NCBI GenBank assembly: GCA_003252295.1
Contig: QKEV01000007.1
Location: 9,632 to 73,631, forward strand
Origin: a bacterium
GTDB taxonomy: Bacteria > Patescibacteriota > Minisyncoccia > Phycocordibacterales > UBA12088
Length of the DNA: 64,000 nt
Direction: 5' to 3'
Shown: piece by piece, positions 29,683 to 37,811 of the stretch
Numbering within the stretch: the stretch's first letter is position 1
How the letters are laid out: every line of letters starts with the position of its first letter
Translations under genes and position numbers: made by a program
The notes under the pieces: model-generated
The model's input: only the letters and a program-made list of their open reading frames with translations
Told to the model about the DNA's origin: nothing
The model's database searches: none

Positions 29683-32600
29683 TTGAGGGTGTTTTTAAAT
29701 TTATGGTGTTTCGGGGCTTTTGGTGCTGAAATGCCGCCAATATTCACTATTGTTATGGGAAAACTACACACGAGAACGATAAACAATATAAGCACTGCCC
29801 TTTTAGTGCTTACTGCTGCATTTGGTCTGATATTTACCGTAAATGTTGGCACAGTGCATGCAAGTACGGTTACGCCGACAGAGCTTACTGAACTCTACGT
29901 TTCCCTTGCAATAATACCTGCTGAAAATGCAGACGATGCATATGGTGTTATTACTGATGCACCTGATGACTTTGACCTTGTAGAACTTACTGAGCTCTAC
30001 ATAGCACTTGATGCTATTCCTGCAGAACATGCATATGATGCTCGAGCGATAGTTACTGTCCCAGATGCTTCCATAAACACTCGTACACTTACCCTTTCTC
30101 CAGAAAGTCCTACTGCCTCAGTAATCGCCTTTGATGAGATCAATCTCACTAGGGATGTACTCGTTTTTGCGTTTGAGATTACCGCTGATGAACCGATGGA
30201 TGTATACGAAGTACCTATTCAGATAGAAACCGGCACAAAAAATATATGGGATGTTATTGATGACACGTACCTATACGTTAACGGAACGCAGCATCGTGAT
30301 TACTTTACCAGCGGTTGCAGTGATACGAACTCATGCGTCATGACATTTGATATGGCTGCTGGCGAGCTAGTTGATGATGGTATGCCGATGACTCTGTACC
30401 ACTATGTAGACTTGAGAGAAAGTATGGGGGGTGGCTATGACAATGGAGAAACCATACAAGCGTCGATAAACCAAGCACAGGCAGATGAGATTGCTAGTCA
30501 AACACTCTCTATTACCTACCCTCCTGAAGAGCTTGCTGAGTTGCTCATAAACGCAGGGTTTGTTCCTAGTGGTAACGCAGATAACGCAAGAACCATTGCT
30601 CGAATACAGAGTACTATGCGCTCTACAGAACTTGTTGAGCTTTACATTTCTCTAGGAATCATACCCGACTATGAAGTTGAGCCAGTGCAAGCATTTCTGG
30701 TGAATGATGATTTTTATGACCACGGGATCTTTGTGGGTACTGCGGTAGGTGCTAAGCACACACTTCTCTCTGAAGGACTGTTTGCTGAAATTGTCTCCAC
30801 TGATGAAAACGTCGAGTCTAATGGTCTCACGGATGATTCCCTTGGTGTGTTTGAAGTTAAGTTTGACGTTACTGCGTTTGGAGGTGATTTTTACCTAGCT
30901 TCCACCTCAGCAGCTGTAACGTATCAAATCGAAAACAGTAATGGTCAAGAAGTTACAAGTACTACATATAGTGTGCTTAGTTCGACTGCGAACAAGGAAG
31001 CTAATGGTAACTACAAAATTAGTGAAGGTGACACAGAAACCTTTACACTCACAACCCATGTTCAAGTAAATACGTATGGCTACTACCGTCTTGTGCTTGA
31101 TTCTGTAGAGTACAGCGACACCAATTCCGGAACTGTTAGCAACATAAGCCATGCAGTTGAACCGGTCTCAGACTTCACGACCAACTACATATTCATAAAT
31201 GATGGTGTGGATATAGTTGATATAATTCCTCCAAGCATTACCTCAGTAATCATCTCAAACGAAACAATTTCACCAAACGATGATGGGGTAAAAGATAGTA
31301 CGACAGTAGACCTCACCTTTTCAGAGATTGTAGCCGCTTCCAAGGTACAGATCGTTTCAGAAACTGGGACAGCTGTACACGAATCAACCATGACGGACAC
31401 TGACTCACTTACTCTCGAATGGAGTGGGCGTAATGACCTACACAATACCGTTGAAGACGGTGGGTACGTTATTAATGTGACTATAATAGATTACTCTAGT
31501 AATACAACAAACGAAGATGTTGCAACTATTACCATAGACAACACTGCTCCAGTCATAACACTTATTGGATCATCAACTATCACACTCAATGTGGGTGATA
31601 CCTTCAGTGACCCAGGAGCTACAGCAGTAGACGATGTTGATGGTGATATTTCAGAAAAGATTGTAGTCGGTGGTGACACAATAAACACCGGAACGACGAG
31701 CACCTCAACTATTATCTACAGTGTTAGTGATGCTGCTGGTAACATCGCAAGTACTACGCGACTGGTTGTTGTAGTAGCGGTAGAAACGAATGACAATACA
31801 ACAGAAGATGATGAGATTAATGATGGTGCAACGGATGATGACGCAACAGATGACAGTGCAAATGATACTGGCACTACGACGGACGATAGTGTAACGAATG
31901 ATGACTCAACAAGTGATAACACATCAACAGATAGCAGTAACACGACAACCAGTCGTTCAAGTGGCGGCGGCGGAGGTGGCGGTTCTTCACGTGACCGTAG
32001 TGCTCCAAAGTATACTTCTATTACCATTAATGGTGGCAATGAAGGAACTTCAAACAGACTTGTAACCCTAGCACTCACAGCAACTGATAAGAGTGATCCG
32101 ATAACGGTTCAGGTGAGTAATGTGAATGAGTTTAATGATGACGGTGAGTGGTTAGCAATGAAAGAAACAATGTCTTGGATTCTTGGAGAAGGAAATGGAG
32201 AAAAGAATGTGTACGTGCGCTTTAAAGATGGTAAAGGTAACATTTCTGATGTGATTAGTGCTGAAATATGGCTCGTTGAAAAAGAAGGTACACCTTCACA
32301 AATAACAACCCCTACCCTGCAAACATCCGGTTCTGTCTATGGAGCAAGCACGTTCAAGTTTGTAAACAACTTTGGTTTTGGGACAAGGAGTAGTGATGTA
32401 GTTGAGCTCCAAAAAATACTAAGGAGTGAAGGTTTCTTTACGTACCCTACAAACACTGGCTACTACGGTTCTGTAACCCAGACTGCTGTACGAGCATACC
32501 AAATCCATTATGGTATTAGTTCTACCGGCAACGTTGACTCGCTTACACGTACACAGCTCAACAGTAGTACACGAGGAGTACAAGCTGAAGGAGAGATAAG

Positions 32601-32691
32601 TCTACAGTCATTCGTACAGCTCCTCTTGGCGATAGGTATCATTCCGCAAGAAAAAGCCGAAGTAGCTCTATCTGCAATTGCAGGGATGTAA
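29683..32691 (+). CDS. Large surface protein with Ig-like/DUF5011-like domains, a poly-Gly/Thr linker and a C-terminal peptidoglycan-binding domain (PG_binding_1)
   Basis: Signal peptide (probable start MGKLHTRT… ~29755), four repeats of a TELxELY(I/V)xL(A/G)IIP motif, GGGGGGGSS, and a C-terminal SSDVVELQKIL…YGSVTQTAVRAYQ PG-binding fold. Confidence 0.7.
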   Translation: MRVFLNLWCFGAFGAEMPPIFTIVMGKLHTRTINNISTALLVLTAAFGLIFTVNVGTVHASTVTPTELTELYVSLAIIPAENADDAYGVITDAPDDFDLVELTELYIALDAIPAEHAYDARAIVTVPDASINTRTLTLSPESPTASVIAFDEINLTRDVLVFAFEITADEPMDVYEVPIQIETGTKNIWDVIDDTYLYVNGTQHRDYFTSGCSDTNSCVMTFDMAAGELVDDGMPMTLYHYVDLRESMGGGYDNGETIQASINQAQADEIASQTLSITYPPEELAELLINAGFVPSGNADNARTIARIQSTMRSTELVELYISLGIIPDYEVEPVQAFLVNDDFYDHGIFVGTAVGAKHTLLSEGLFAEIVSTDENVESNGLTDDSLGVFEVKFDVTAFGGDFYLASTSAAVTYQIENSNGQEVTSTTYSVLSSTANKEANGNYKISEGDTETFTLTTHVQVNTYGYYRLVLDSVEYSDTNSGTVSNISHAVEPVSDFTTNYIFINDGVDIVDIIPPSITSVIISNETISPNDDGVKDSTTVDLTFSEIVAASKVQIVSETGTAVHESTMTDTDSLTLEWSGRNDLHNTVEDGGYVINVTIIDYSSNTTNEDVATITIDNTAPVITLIGSSTITLNVGDTFSDPGATAVDDVDGDISEKIVVGGDTINTGTTSTSTIIYSVSDAAGNIASTTRLVVVVAVETNDNTTEDDEINDGATDDDATDDSANDTGTTTDDSVTNDDSTSDNTSTDSSNTTTSRSSGGGGGGGSSRDRSAPKYTSITINGGNEGTSNRLVTLALTATDKSDPITVQVSNVNEFNDDGEWLAMKETMSWILGEGNGEKNVYVRFKDGKGNISDVISAEIWLVEKEGTPSQITTPTLQTSGSVYGASTFKFVNNFGFGTRSSDVVELQKILRSEGFFTYPTNTGYYGSVTQTAVRAYQIHYGISSTGNVDSLTRTQLNSSTRGVQAEGEISLQSFVQLLLAIGIIPQEKAEVALSAIAGM

Positions 32692-32746
32692 GATACATAC
32701 AACCTCCCATCTCAGTATATGAGGGTAGTGCGAGTATACTGTATAC

Positions 32747-33610
32747 ATGCAGCGCATTCTTTTGAGAATGTTAGTACCACTCACCGTTGTCGGGCTTTGC
32801 GTCTTTACGGTGCGTCACTTTTCTCACACAGATACACAAACATATACTGATGTTGTGTCCAATGGTGACGACGCATCTTTGGTCTCTACCTATTCTTCAA
32901 CGACACCTGACACCTTGTTTGTTGCAGGTGCTACTGTGCATGTACCCATTGCTGTGTACCACAGCATACGCAACACTTCACCTGATGAGACACTGGAGGT
33001 TCGAAGGTTCACTATTCCACCTGCTGTCTTTGATGAGCAAATGCACTACCTGTATGAAAACAATTTCCACCCCATCACGTTTGCTATGCTTTACGAAGCA
33101 CTCACCTACGGTACACCGTTACCATTGAAACCAGTGATACTATCTTTTGATGATGGATGGGCTACTCAGTACATAGAAGCACTACCGGTGCTTCAAAAGT
33201 ATGATTTTACCGCAACATTTTTTCTATACCCAAATGTTATTGAACATGAAAACTATATGACGTGGGATGAGGTGCGCGTGCTGCATGAGGCAGGCATGGA
33301 AATAGGGTCACACTCAAAGTCACATCAGTACATGACAAGACAAGACGCTGAAGAACAGATGTTTGAAGTAACGCAGAGTAAAAAAATTCTTGAGGAAAAG
33401 TTAGATAGTAAAGTCGAAACCTTTGCATACCCTTATGGTTTGTTTAATGCTGATATGCAAGACATGCTAAAAGATGCCGGGTACACCACTGCGCGTGGGC
33501 TAGACACCGGTGTCACACACAGCCAAGAGAGTTTGTACGAACTTCCGAGCTACCTCATTCGTAACGATTTTAACGATTTTAAATACTTTGTGAACCAAAC
33601 AGAAAAGTGA
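32747..33610 (+). CDS. Polysaccharide deacetylase (NodB homology domain), TM-anchored
   Basis: LSFDDGW (the TFDDG motif), HSKSH His motif and an N-terminal TM. Confidence 0.85.
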   Translation: MQRILLRMLVPLTVVGLCVFTVRHFSHTDTQTYTDVVSNGDDASLVSTYSSTTPDTLFVAGATVHVPIAVYHSIRNTSPDETLEVRRFTIPPAVFDEQMHYLYENNFHPITFAMLYEALTYGTPLPLKPVILSFDDGWATQYIEALPVLQKYDFTATFFLYPNVIEHENYMTWDEVRVLHEAGMEIGSHSKSHQYMTRQDAEEQMFEVTQSKKILEEKLDSKVETFAYPYGLFNADMQDMLKDAGYTTARGLDTGVTHSQESLYELPSYLIRNDFNDFKYFVNQTEK

Positions 33611-33640
33611 TGAGATGGTGTGTACAGTACTTTTAAATCA

Positions 33641-33672
33641 AAAAAGCTCTTTGGTGTTCACCAAAGAGGCTT
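33641..33672. terminator. Hairpin terminator between the deacetylase (+) and a small - strand ORF (T6 run on the - strand side)
   Basis: CTCTTTGGTG / CACCAAAGAG stem read directly. Confidence 0.45.
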
Positions 33673-33694
33673 AATGAAATTCTGTAAAAGTTGG

Positions 33695-33871
33695 TTATTG
33701 TTTTTTATCCAGGCTCATTGCCTGTTCAACTGCATCAGTCACCTTTTTTACAGACGTGTTTAAAAATGTAACGAAATTTGCCATTAACACTAACACAAAT
33801 ACAACGGTCAAAACGGCCGAACTGCATTTAACAATGAGTTCTGATTGTCCTGCATTTGAAAATCTTGACAT
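33695..33871 (-). CDS. Candidate 58-aa membrane microprotein
   Basis: ATG 5 nt after a GGGGGT Shine-Dalgarno motif, one TM helix (VLTVVFVLVLMANFVTFL) and a terminator hairpin just downstream. It is below the ORF-track cutoff. Confidence 0.35.
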   Translation of the reverse strand: MSRFSNAGQSELIVKCSSAVLTVVFVLVLMANFVTFLNTSVKKVTDAVEQAMSLDKKQ

Positions 33872-33994
33872 GTTACCCCCATTTTTTTGTTTTTGTCTTT
33901 AACCACAGTTCTTTACAAGGTACTAAATTAAAAATCTGAGTATGATTATACTCATTAAGTACCGGTATCGAAAAATGCGTATGGTGCATAACTT

Positions 33995-34174
33995 CTACTT
34001 CTTCCAATCTTCTATCACGAGTTTTTTGCCATGTTTTTTGACCACCACTTTCTGTTTCTCGCGCCAGCCAAGCTCGCGTATAAACTCAATAGGTAGTGAG
34101 ACAACAATTGTGCGACCACTACCCACCTTACTTAGTTTACGCACATTTCGTTCATCTAATGATCTTCGTGCCAT
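33995..34174 (-). CDS. Candidate 59-aa AbrB/MazE/SpoVT-type (swapped-hairpin) DNA-binding protein
   Basis: Hand translation gives MARRSLDERNVRKLSKVGSGRTIVVSLPIEFIRELGWREKQKVVVKKHGKKLVIEDWKK, which is the AbrB/MazE pattern (…GGS..VTLPKEW.ELG…). It is below the track cutoff. Confidence 0.4.
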   Translation of the reverse strand: MARRSLDERNVRKLSKVGSGRTIVVSLPIEFIRELGWREKQKVVVKKHGKKLVIEDWKK

Positions 34175-34191
34175 ATAAATTTATTCTAGCA

Positions 34192-34229
34192 CTGCTCATG
34201 AATTAACTCTAGAATTAATTCATGAGCAG
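34192..34229. repeat. 15-bp perfect inverted repeat CTGCTCATGAATTAA-N8-TTAATTCATGAGCAG
   Basis: Read directly. It lies 18 bp upstream of the AbrB-like start and just outside the AT-rich islet boundary. Confidence 0.8.
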
Positions 34230-34383
34230 GTTTGTAAAGAAAAGGTGACTGACCCCTTTTCTTGAAATTATTACAATTTTCTTCATAAATACAGTATATC
34301 AACACTTTATATAAATTGCGTTACAAAAACATTTATCAACCCCATTAGACATAATTATAATCAGATAATATTATTTTCTTTAT

Positions 34384-34971
34384 ATGGGAATAATGTCCTT
34401 AAAGTTACCTATAGTAATTATTGGTCCAATGTGCGTAGGAAAGACTACTGTATCTAAGCTTGTCTCAAGAAAACTTTCTATACCATACTGCTCTCTTGAT
34501 TCAGTGCGCTGGTACTATTATCTAAAAAGTGGTATGGATATCCTGGAAGATGATATTAACAAAGAAAAAAGCTTTGAGGAGTTACTGAGGTCAAGAAGTG
34601 AATATGATACCACTGTTGTTGAAAGAGTATTTTCTGACTTTAAGAACTATGTATTAGATTTTGGTATATCACATGCTTTCCAAGAAAACGCACACAACAA
34701 AGATAAACTATCTGCAATAGTTCAGAAAAATAGAAATTCATTTCTACTTATCCCAAGTACTGATGTTGAAGTGAGTGCTAGTATTCTGAATGAAAGGTTA
34801 AAAGAATTTAGAAATAGTCCAGATATAGAGGATATAATGCAGTTTAATATCAAAACCATAGAAACTTTTTTAGAAACTTATACTAACTCCAAAGTGCTAT
34901 TTACAAAAGACAAGACTCCTAAGCAAGTGTCGCAAGAATTAATTGATTCACTATTTTATAAAGGAACTTAA
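34384..34971 (+). CDS. P-loop kinase, shikimate-kinase-like fold (substrate unknown)
   Basis: Walker A GPMCVGKTT followed by ...SLDSV, matching the GxMGxGKTT…DxD pattern of shikimate- or gluconate-kinase-like NMP-kinase-fold enzymes. Confidence 0.55.
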   Translation: MGIMSLKLPIVIIGPMCVGKTTVSKLVSRKLSIPYCSLDSVRWYYYLKSGMDILEDDINKEKSFEELLRSRSEYDTTVVERVFSDFKNYVLDFGISHAFQENAHNKDKLSAIVQKNRNSFLLIPSTDVEVSASILNERLKEFRNSPDIEDIMQFNIKTIETFLETYTNSKVLFTKDKTPKQVSQELIDSLFYKGT

Positions 34972-35089
34972 AGATCCGAATTATTGGGGACAGGCACAAT
35001 ATTTTATTGTTTTTTATGGTGTAATAATCCTCATCTCCTTTCATCTATTCTACGCCTAAATTACTAAACTACAACACGTTCGTCGTCGG

Positions 35090-35326
35090 TTGTTGTACAC
35101 AGTAATGACTATAGAAGAAAATTGCTTAGAAGAAAGTTTGAGGTTATACGAGATAGACAATGTCTGGTATGCAGTTGGAGTTATGTGTGCTGCTAAAGGA
35201 GGTAAATTGTTACCGCATAATCAAGAACGTAAAATTAATCAGGAACACTTCAGGGTATTAGAAGAAGAGGTTCCTTTTGAATCAGTCTACAATGTGCGTG
35301 TAGAAGACTTTTTTTATGAAAAGTAA
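35090..35326 (+). CDS. Hypothetical 78-aa protein
   Basis: ORF with moderate complexity; it contains R-x5-H (RKINQEH), but that is too little to call HEPN. Confidence 0.3.
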   Translation: MLYTVMTIEENCLEESLRLYEIDNVWYAVGVMCAAKGGKLLPHNQERKINQEHFRVLEEEVPFESVYNVRVEDFFYEK

Positions 35327-35392
35327 AAAATAAAAGGGTCAGGAGGATTTATTTTTAAATAAACAGGAACAGGTACTATTTCTCTATCAGAA

Positions 35393-35827
35393 CTACTTAC
35401 CTTTAACCACCTCTTTAAGCATAAGCAACTTCTTTCTATCTTTTTCCCTATTCATCTTTTTATACGTCTCATACTCTGACTGCAGAGACATGCATGGTAT
35501 AGGCACATCATACTTGTTCACAGTGACTACATGCTTCATAAAATCATGAGGACGTAAACCCTTAGGTTCATCTGAAGCAAAGTTAATCTCAACATCATCA
35601 ACACAGAACACTAGCTCAAGGTACCCGTGTTTATTTATTATCGGAGTATTGAATATTTCTGCTACAGCAAGTATCCCCTCCTTATCAGTAAGAAAATCGA
35701 CATCAGAAGGTTCAGTGTGTATTCCCTGAAACTTAAGGTTAAGCGTACCTATAAGAACATAGTTAATATGTTGTAACTTTTCTGTAATAGTTTTAAATAT
35801 CTTTGCTAAGACAACATCATCCATCAT
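35393..35827 (-). CDS. Small nucleotidyltransferase (MNT / ANT(2'')-Lnu-like minimal NTase fold)
   Basis: VLIGTLNLKFQGIHTEPSDVDFL fits the NTase signature hG[GS]x9-13Dh[DE]h; 144 aa. Confidence 0.5.
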   Translation of the reverse strand: MMDDVVLAKIFKTITEKLQHINYVLIGTLNLKFQGIHTEPSDVDFLTDKEGILAVAEIFNTPIINKHGYLELVFCVDDVEINFASDEPKGLRPHDFMKHVVTVNKYDVPIPCMSLQSEYETYKKMNREKDRKKLLMLKEVVKGK

Positions 35828-35882
35828 ATATACATATTAATACAGCAAGCCATACTCACACTAAGAAGTAAACAAAAATCGA

Positions 35883-36118
35883 ACCCCGATTGCCGCCGTG
35901 AAAACCCGAAGACGTGCCCAAGCACGTCTATCGGACCTTGCAGAGAGAGTTTCTGATGCTTACCCCGCCCCACGGCGGGGTGAATGAAGAAACTATCCTG
36001 CAAGGAGGACAGTCTATAAGACAGTCAAATGACATCGCCTTTACAAGGGCAATCGGATCATACTCCTTGGAGTCTCACAACTAAAAACCACCTCAAGTGC
36101 AACAAGAGGTGGTTTTTA
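35883..36118 (+). ncRNA. Unclassified structured RNA candidate with an intrinsic terminator
   Basis: A GC-rich (~55%) segment in an AT-rich, coding-free region. It has a long-range closing helix CCGAUUGCC (35886) / GGCAAUCGG (36048). Within it lie nested hairpins GACGUGC-CCAA-GCACGUC and CCUUGCAG…AGUUUCU…CCCCGCC-CCAC-GGCGGGG…AGAAACU…CUGCAAGG. It ends in a perfect terminator AAAACCACCUC-N11-GAGGUGGUUUUUAG (36084..36118). Confidence 0.3.
36084..36118. terminator. Intrinsic terminator (11-bp perfect stem AAAACCACCTC / GAGGTGGTTTT, T-runs on both sides)
   Basis: Read directly. Confidence 0.65.
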
Positions 36119-36126
36119 GTTGTGAT

Positions 36127-36185
36127 GTGACCCAATAGCGTGGCTTTCAGAACTGTATGAGAATAAAGTTAATATCAGTAACTCT
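36127..36185 (+). repeat. Repeat B copy 1 (GTGACCCAATAGCGTGGCTTTCAGAACTGTATGAG…), about 85% identical to 37001..37060
   Basis: Aligned by eye; it begins with the GTGACCC core shared with the tRNA-Glu 3' end. Confidence 0.6.
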
Positions 36186-36206
36186 ATTAAAGATTTAGAA
36201 AATATT

Positions 36207-36235
36207 TTAACCCCAACTTAGTTGTTGGGGTTAAG
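36207..36235 (-). terminator. Terminator of the NT5C gene (TTAACCCCAAC / GTTGGGGTTAA perfect stem)
   Basis: Read directly, 20 nt downstream of the stop on the - strand. Confidence 0.5.
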
Positions 36236-36254
36236 CACTTCTGCTTGAGTGTTA

Positions 36255-36833
36255 TTATAGTACTTGAATGATTTCATCCCACGAAGAGACTCTTCTGATA
36301 TTTTTCAAAACGTTGGAATGTTTATTCCAAGGGCAATCAAACAACAATACCTGTATCGCATTTTCTGCACAATCTACTGCATGTTTAGTGTGATCTTCAA
36401 CCATTACGGTAATTCCAAGTTCCTTACATATTTTAGATTTTTTTTCACTTTTTCCATTTAAGCTGTATGAATTAGTAAAATAAATATCTAAAAATAAACC
36501 TGGAAAATGTTTTTCAATCCACTCTTTTGTTTGTTCAATCATATTGTCTCTTCTCCCAGTAATTGCAAACAGCTCAACACCACCTTCTTTCAACTTGTTC
36601 AGAGAAGTGACCGACTTAATCACAGGTAGAATTTTATTACAATGACTTTGGTCTTCAAAAAACATATCAACCTTACGAACCGCTTCTTCTTTTGAACCAC
36701 CCCAAACTTTCCAAAAATCATAGGAAGTGAAATCATTTTTTGATAGATTTCCTCCAAATGTTTCATTATGAAAGCGCGCAAGTGTTGGAACAAAATCTGC
36801 GATCACATCATCTATATCAATACCGATTTTCAT
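36255..36833 (-). CDS. 5'(3')-deoxyribonucleotidase (HAD superfamily, NT5C/YorS-like)
   Basis: N-terminal DIDDVIAD HAD motif I and a GGGAG Shine-Dalgarno motif; full-length similarity to NT5C-type nucleotidases. Confidence 0.7.
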   Translation of the reverse strand: MKIGIDIDDVIADFVPTLARFHNETFGGNLSKNDFTSYDFWKVWGGSKEEAVRKVDMFFEDQSHCNKILPVIKSVTSLNKLKEGGVELFAITGRRDNMIEQTKEWIEKHFPGLFLDIYFTNSYSLNGKSEKKSKICKELGITVMVEDHTKHAVDCAENAIQVLLFDCPWNKHSNVLKNIRRVSSWDEIIQVL

Positions 36834-36940
36834 ATTTATTCTCCCTTTTAAATATGATTAACATGCAGGATGTATTTTCTAAGGTATTTCTAACATTTGT
36901 ATAAAATAAAGCAAACTGAAAATCAGAAGTTCCTGATTAG

Positions 36941-37007
36941 ACATGAAAGTTCTGAACACCCTATGTGGTGCTCTAAAATACATTGAAAAATATAGCTTTA
37001 AAATCTG
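36941..37007 (+). repeat. Repeat A copy 1 (66 nt), an exact duplicate of 38411..38476
   Basis: AGTTCTGAACACCCTATGTGGTGCTCTAAAATACATTGAAAAATATAGCTTTAAAATCTGTGACC occurs twice. Confidence 0.85.
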
Positions 37008-37060
37008 TGACCCATTAGCGTGGCTTTCAGAGTTGTATGAGGTAAAAGTGTAATCAGTCA
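37001..37060 (+). repeat. Repeat B copy 2
   Basis: GTGACCCATTAGCGTGGCTTTCAGAGTTGTATGAG…. Confidence 0.6.
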
Positions 37061-37144
37061 ACTTTTGGTTTTAGTTGTTACATAGCACATTTCTACAACC
37101 ATCTACGCAGAAACACTTGTACACTCGACCTGTATAGGTCTTTT

Positions 37145-37579
37145 GTGTATTCTGAATGTATGACATGTAAAGAAAAAGCAACAACGTATGTACAGTCGCA
37201 AAAGTCTTTACATTTATATCCTCGTGTGCAAGATGCTTTTGAAGAAGTGTTATGTTCATTGTCTGAAGCAGAACTTGATTGGGTTTGTGGCAATTTAGAA
37301 TTGATGGTTTTACACGAACAAGCAGTTGCACAAGTGATGCATTTTGATCCAAAAAAAGCCGCTTTTGCGGTGATGCAATTCACATTTTATGACGACATGC
37401 CTGGCGAGGTGTTGCGATGGGTAATAGCACATGAACTGGGGCATGCTATGCAAAAAAGAAATTGGAGAGAGGGTGATGGAACAGGTTTGGAAGAGGATGC
37501 AGATATTTGTGCTGAACAGTGGGGTTATCTGAAGACAAAAGAGATTGAAGAGTATCTACGTAAGAGGAGAGAAAATTAA
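37145..37579 (+). CDS. Putative HExxH zinc metallopeptidase (ImmA/IrrE- or SprT-like minimal domain)
   Basis: VIAHELGHAM motif in a 144-aa protein. Confidence 0.45.
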   Translation: MYSECMTCKEKATTYVQSQKSLHLYPRVQDAFEEVLCSLSEAELDWVCGNLELMVLHEQAVAQVMHFDPKKAAFAVMQFTFYDDMPGEVLRWVIAHELGHAMQKRNWREGDGTGLEEDADICAEQWGYLKTKEIEEYLRKRREN

Positions 37580-37811
37580 GACTGTTTTATAGAAAAACTT
37601 CATCTCAACTATGCCTGTTATCTGGATATTTGTTAGAGATTAAAGGGTTCAGGTAGTTTTATCTGACACAATTCTAGAGTTAAAAAACACATAATAAATC
37701 ACGTGTTTTTTGTTTTACTTGCTTAAATGGATGTGTTTAGAACACATGATTAGTACTATTGATAATTTGATTCCAAACAACATGAATATCTTTCTGTTTA
37801 CTCCATATATT

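Noticed and set aside
33942-34178. 78-aa + strand ORF 33942..34178
   Set aside because: It is the antisense shadow of the 59-aa AbrB-like gene. The + strand translation is low-complexity (FYFFQSSITSFLPCFL…), whereas the - strand gives a recognisable swapped-hairpin DNA-binding sequence.
35883-36083. RNA candidate as SRP RNA, tmRNA, RNase P RNA or a TPP, ZTP or yybP riboswitch
   Set aside because: It lacks the SRP domain IV AGG/GGAA…GCAGC motifs and GNRA tetraloop, a tmRNA T-arm plus CCA tail, the RNase P GGAAAGUCCGG / ACAGAA…GGCUUA blocks, and the riboswitch cores. It is left unclassified.
36879-37383. - strand ORFs 36879..37061, 37071..37352 and 37093..37383
   Set aside because: They overlap repeat A/B and the + strand HExxH gene, and their translations are random-looking and Cys/Asn-rich. 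The + strand ORF carries a recognisable HELGH motif instead.
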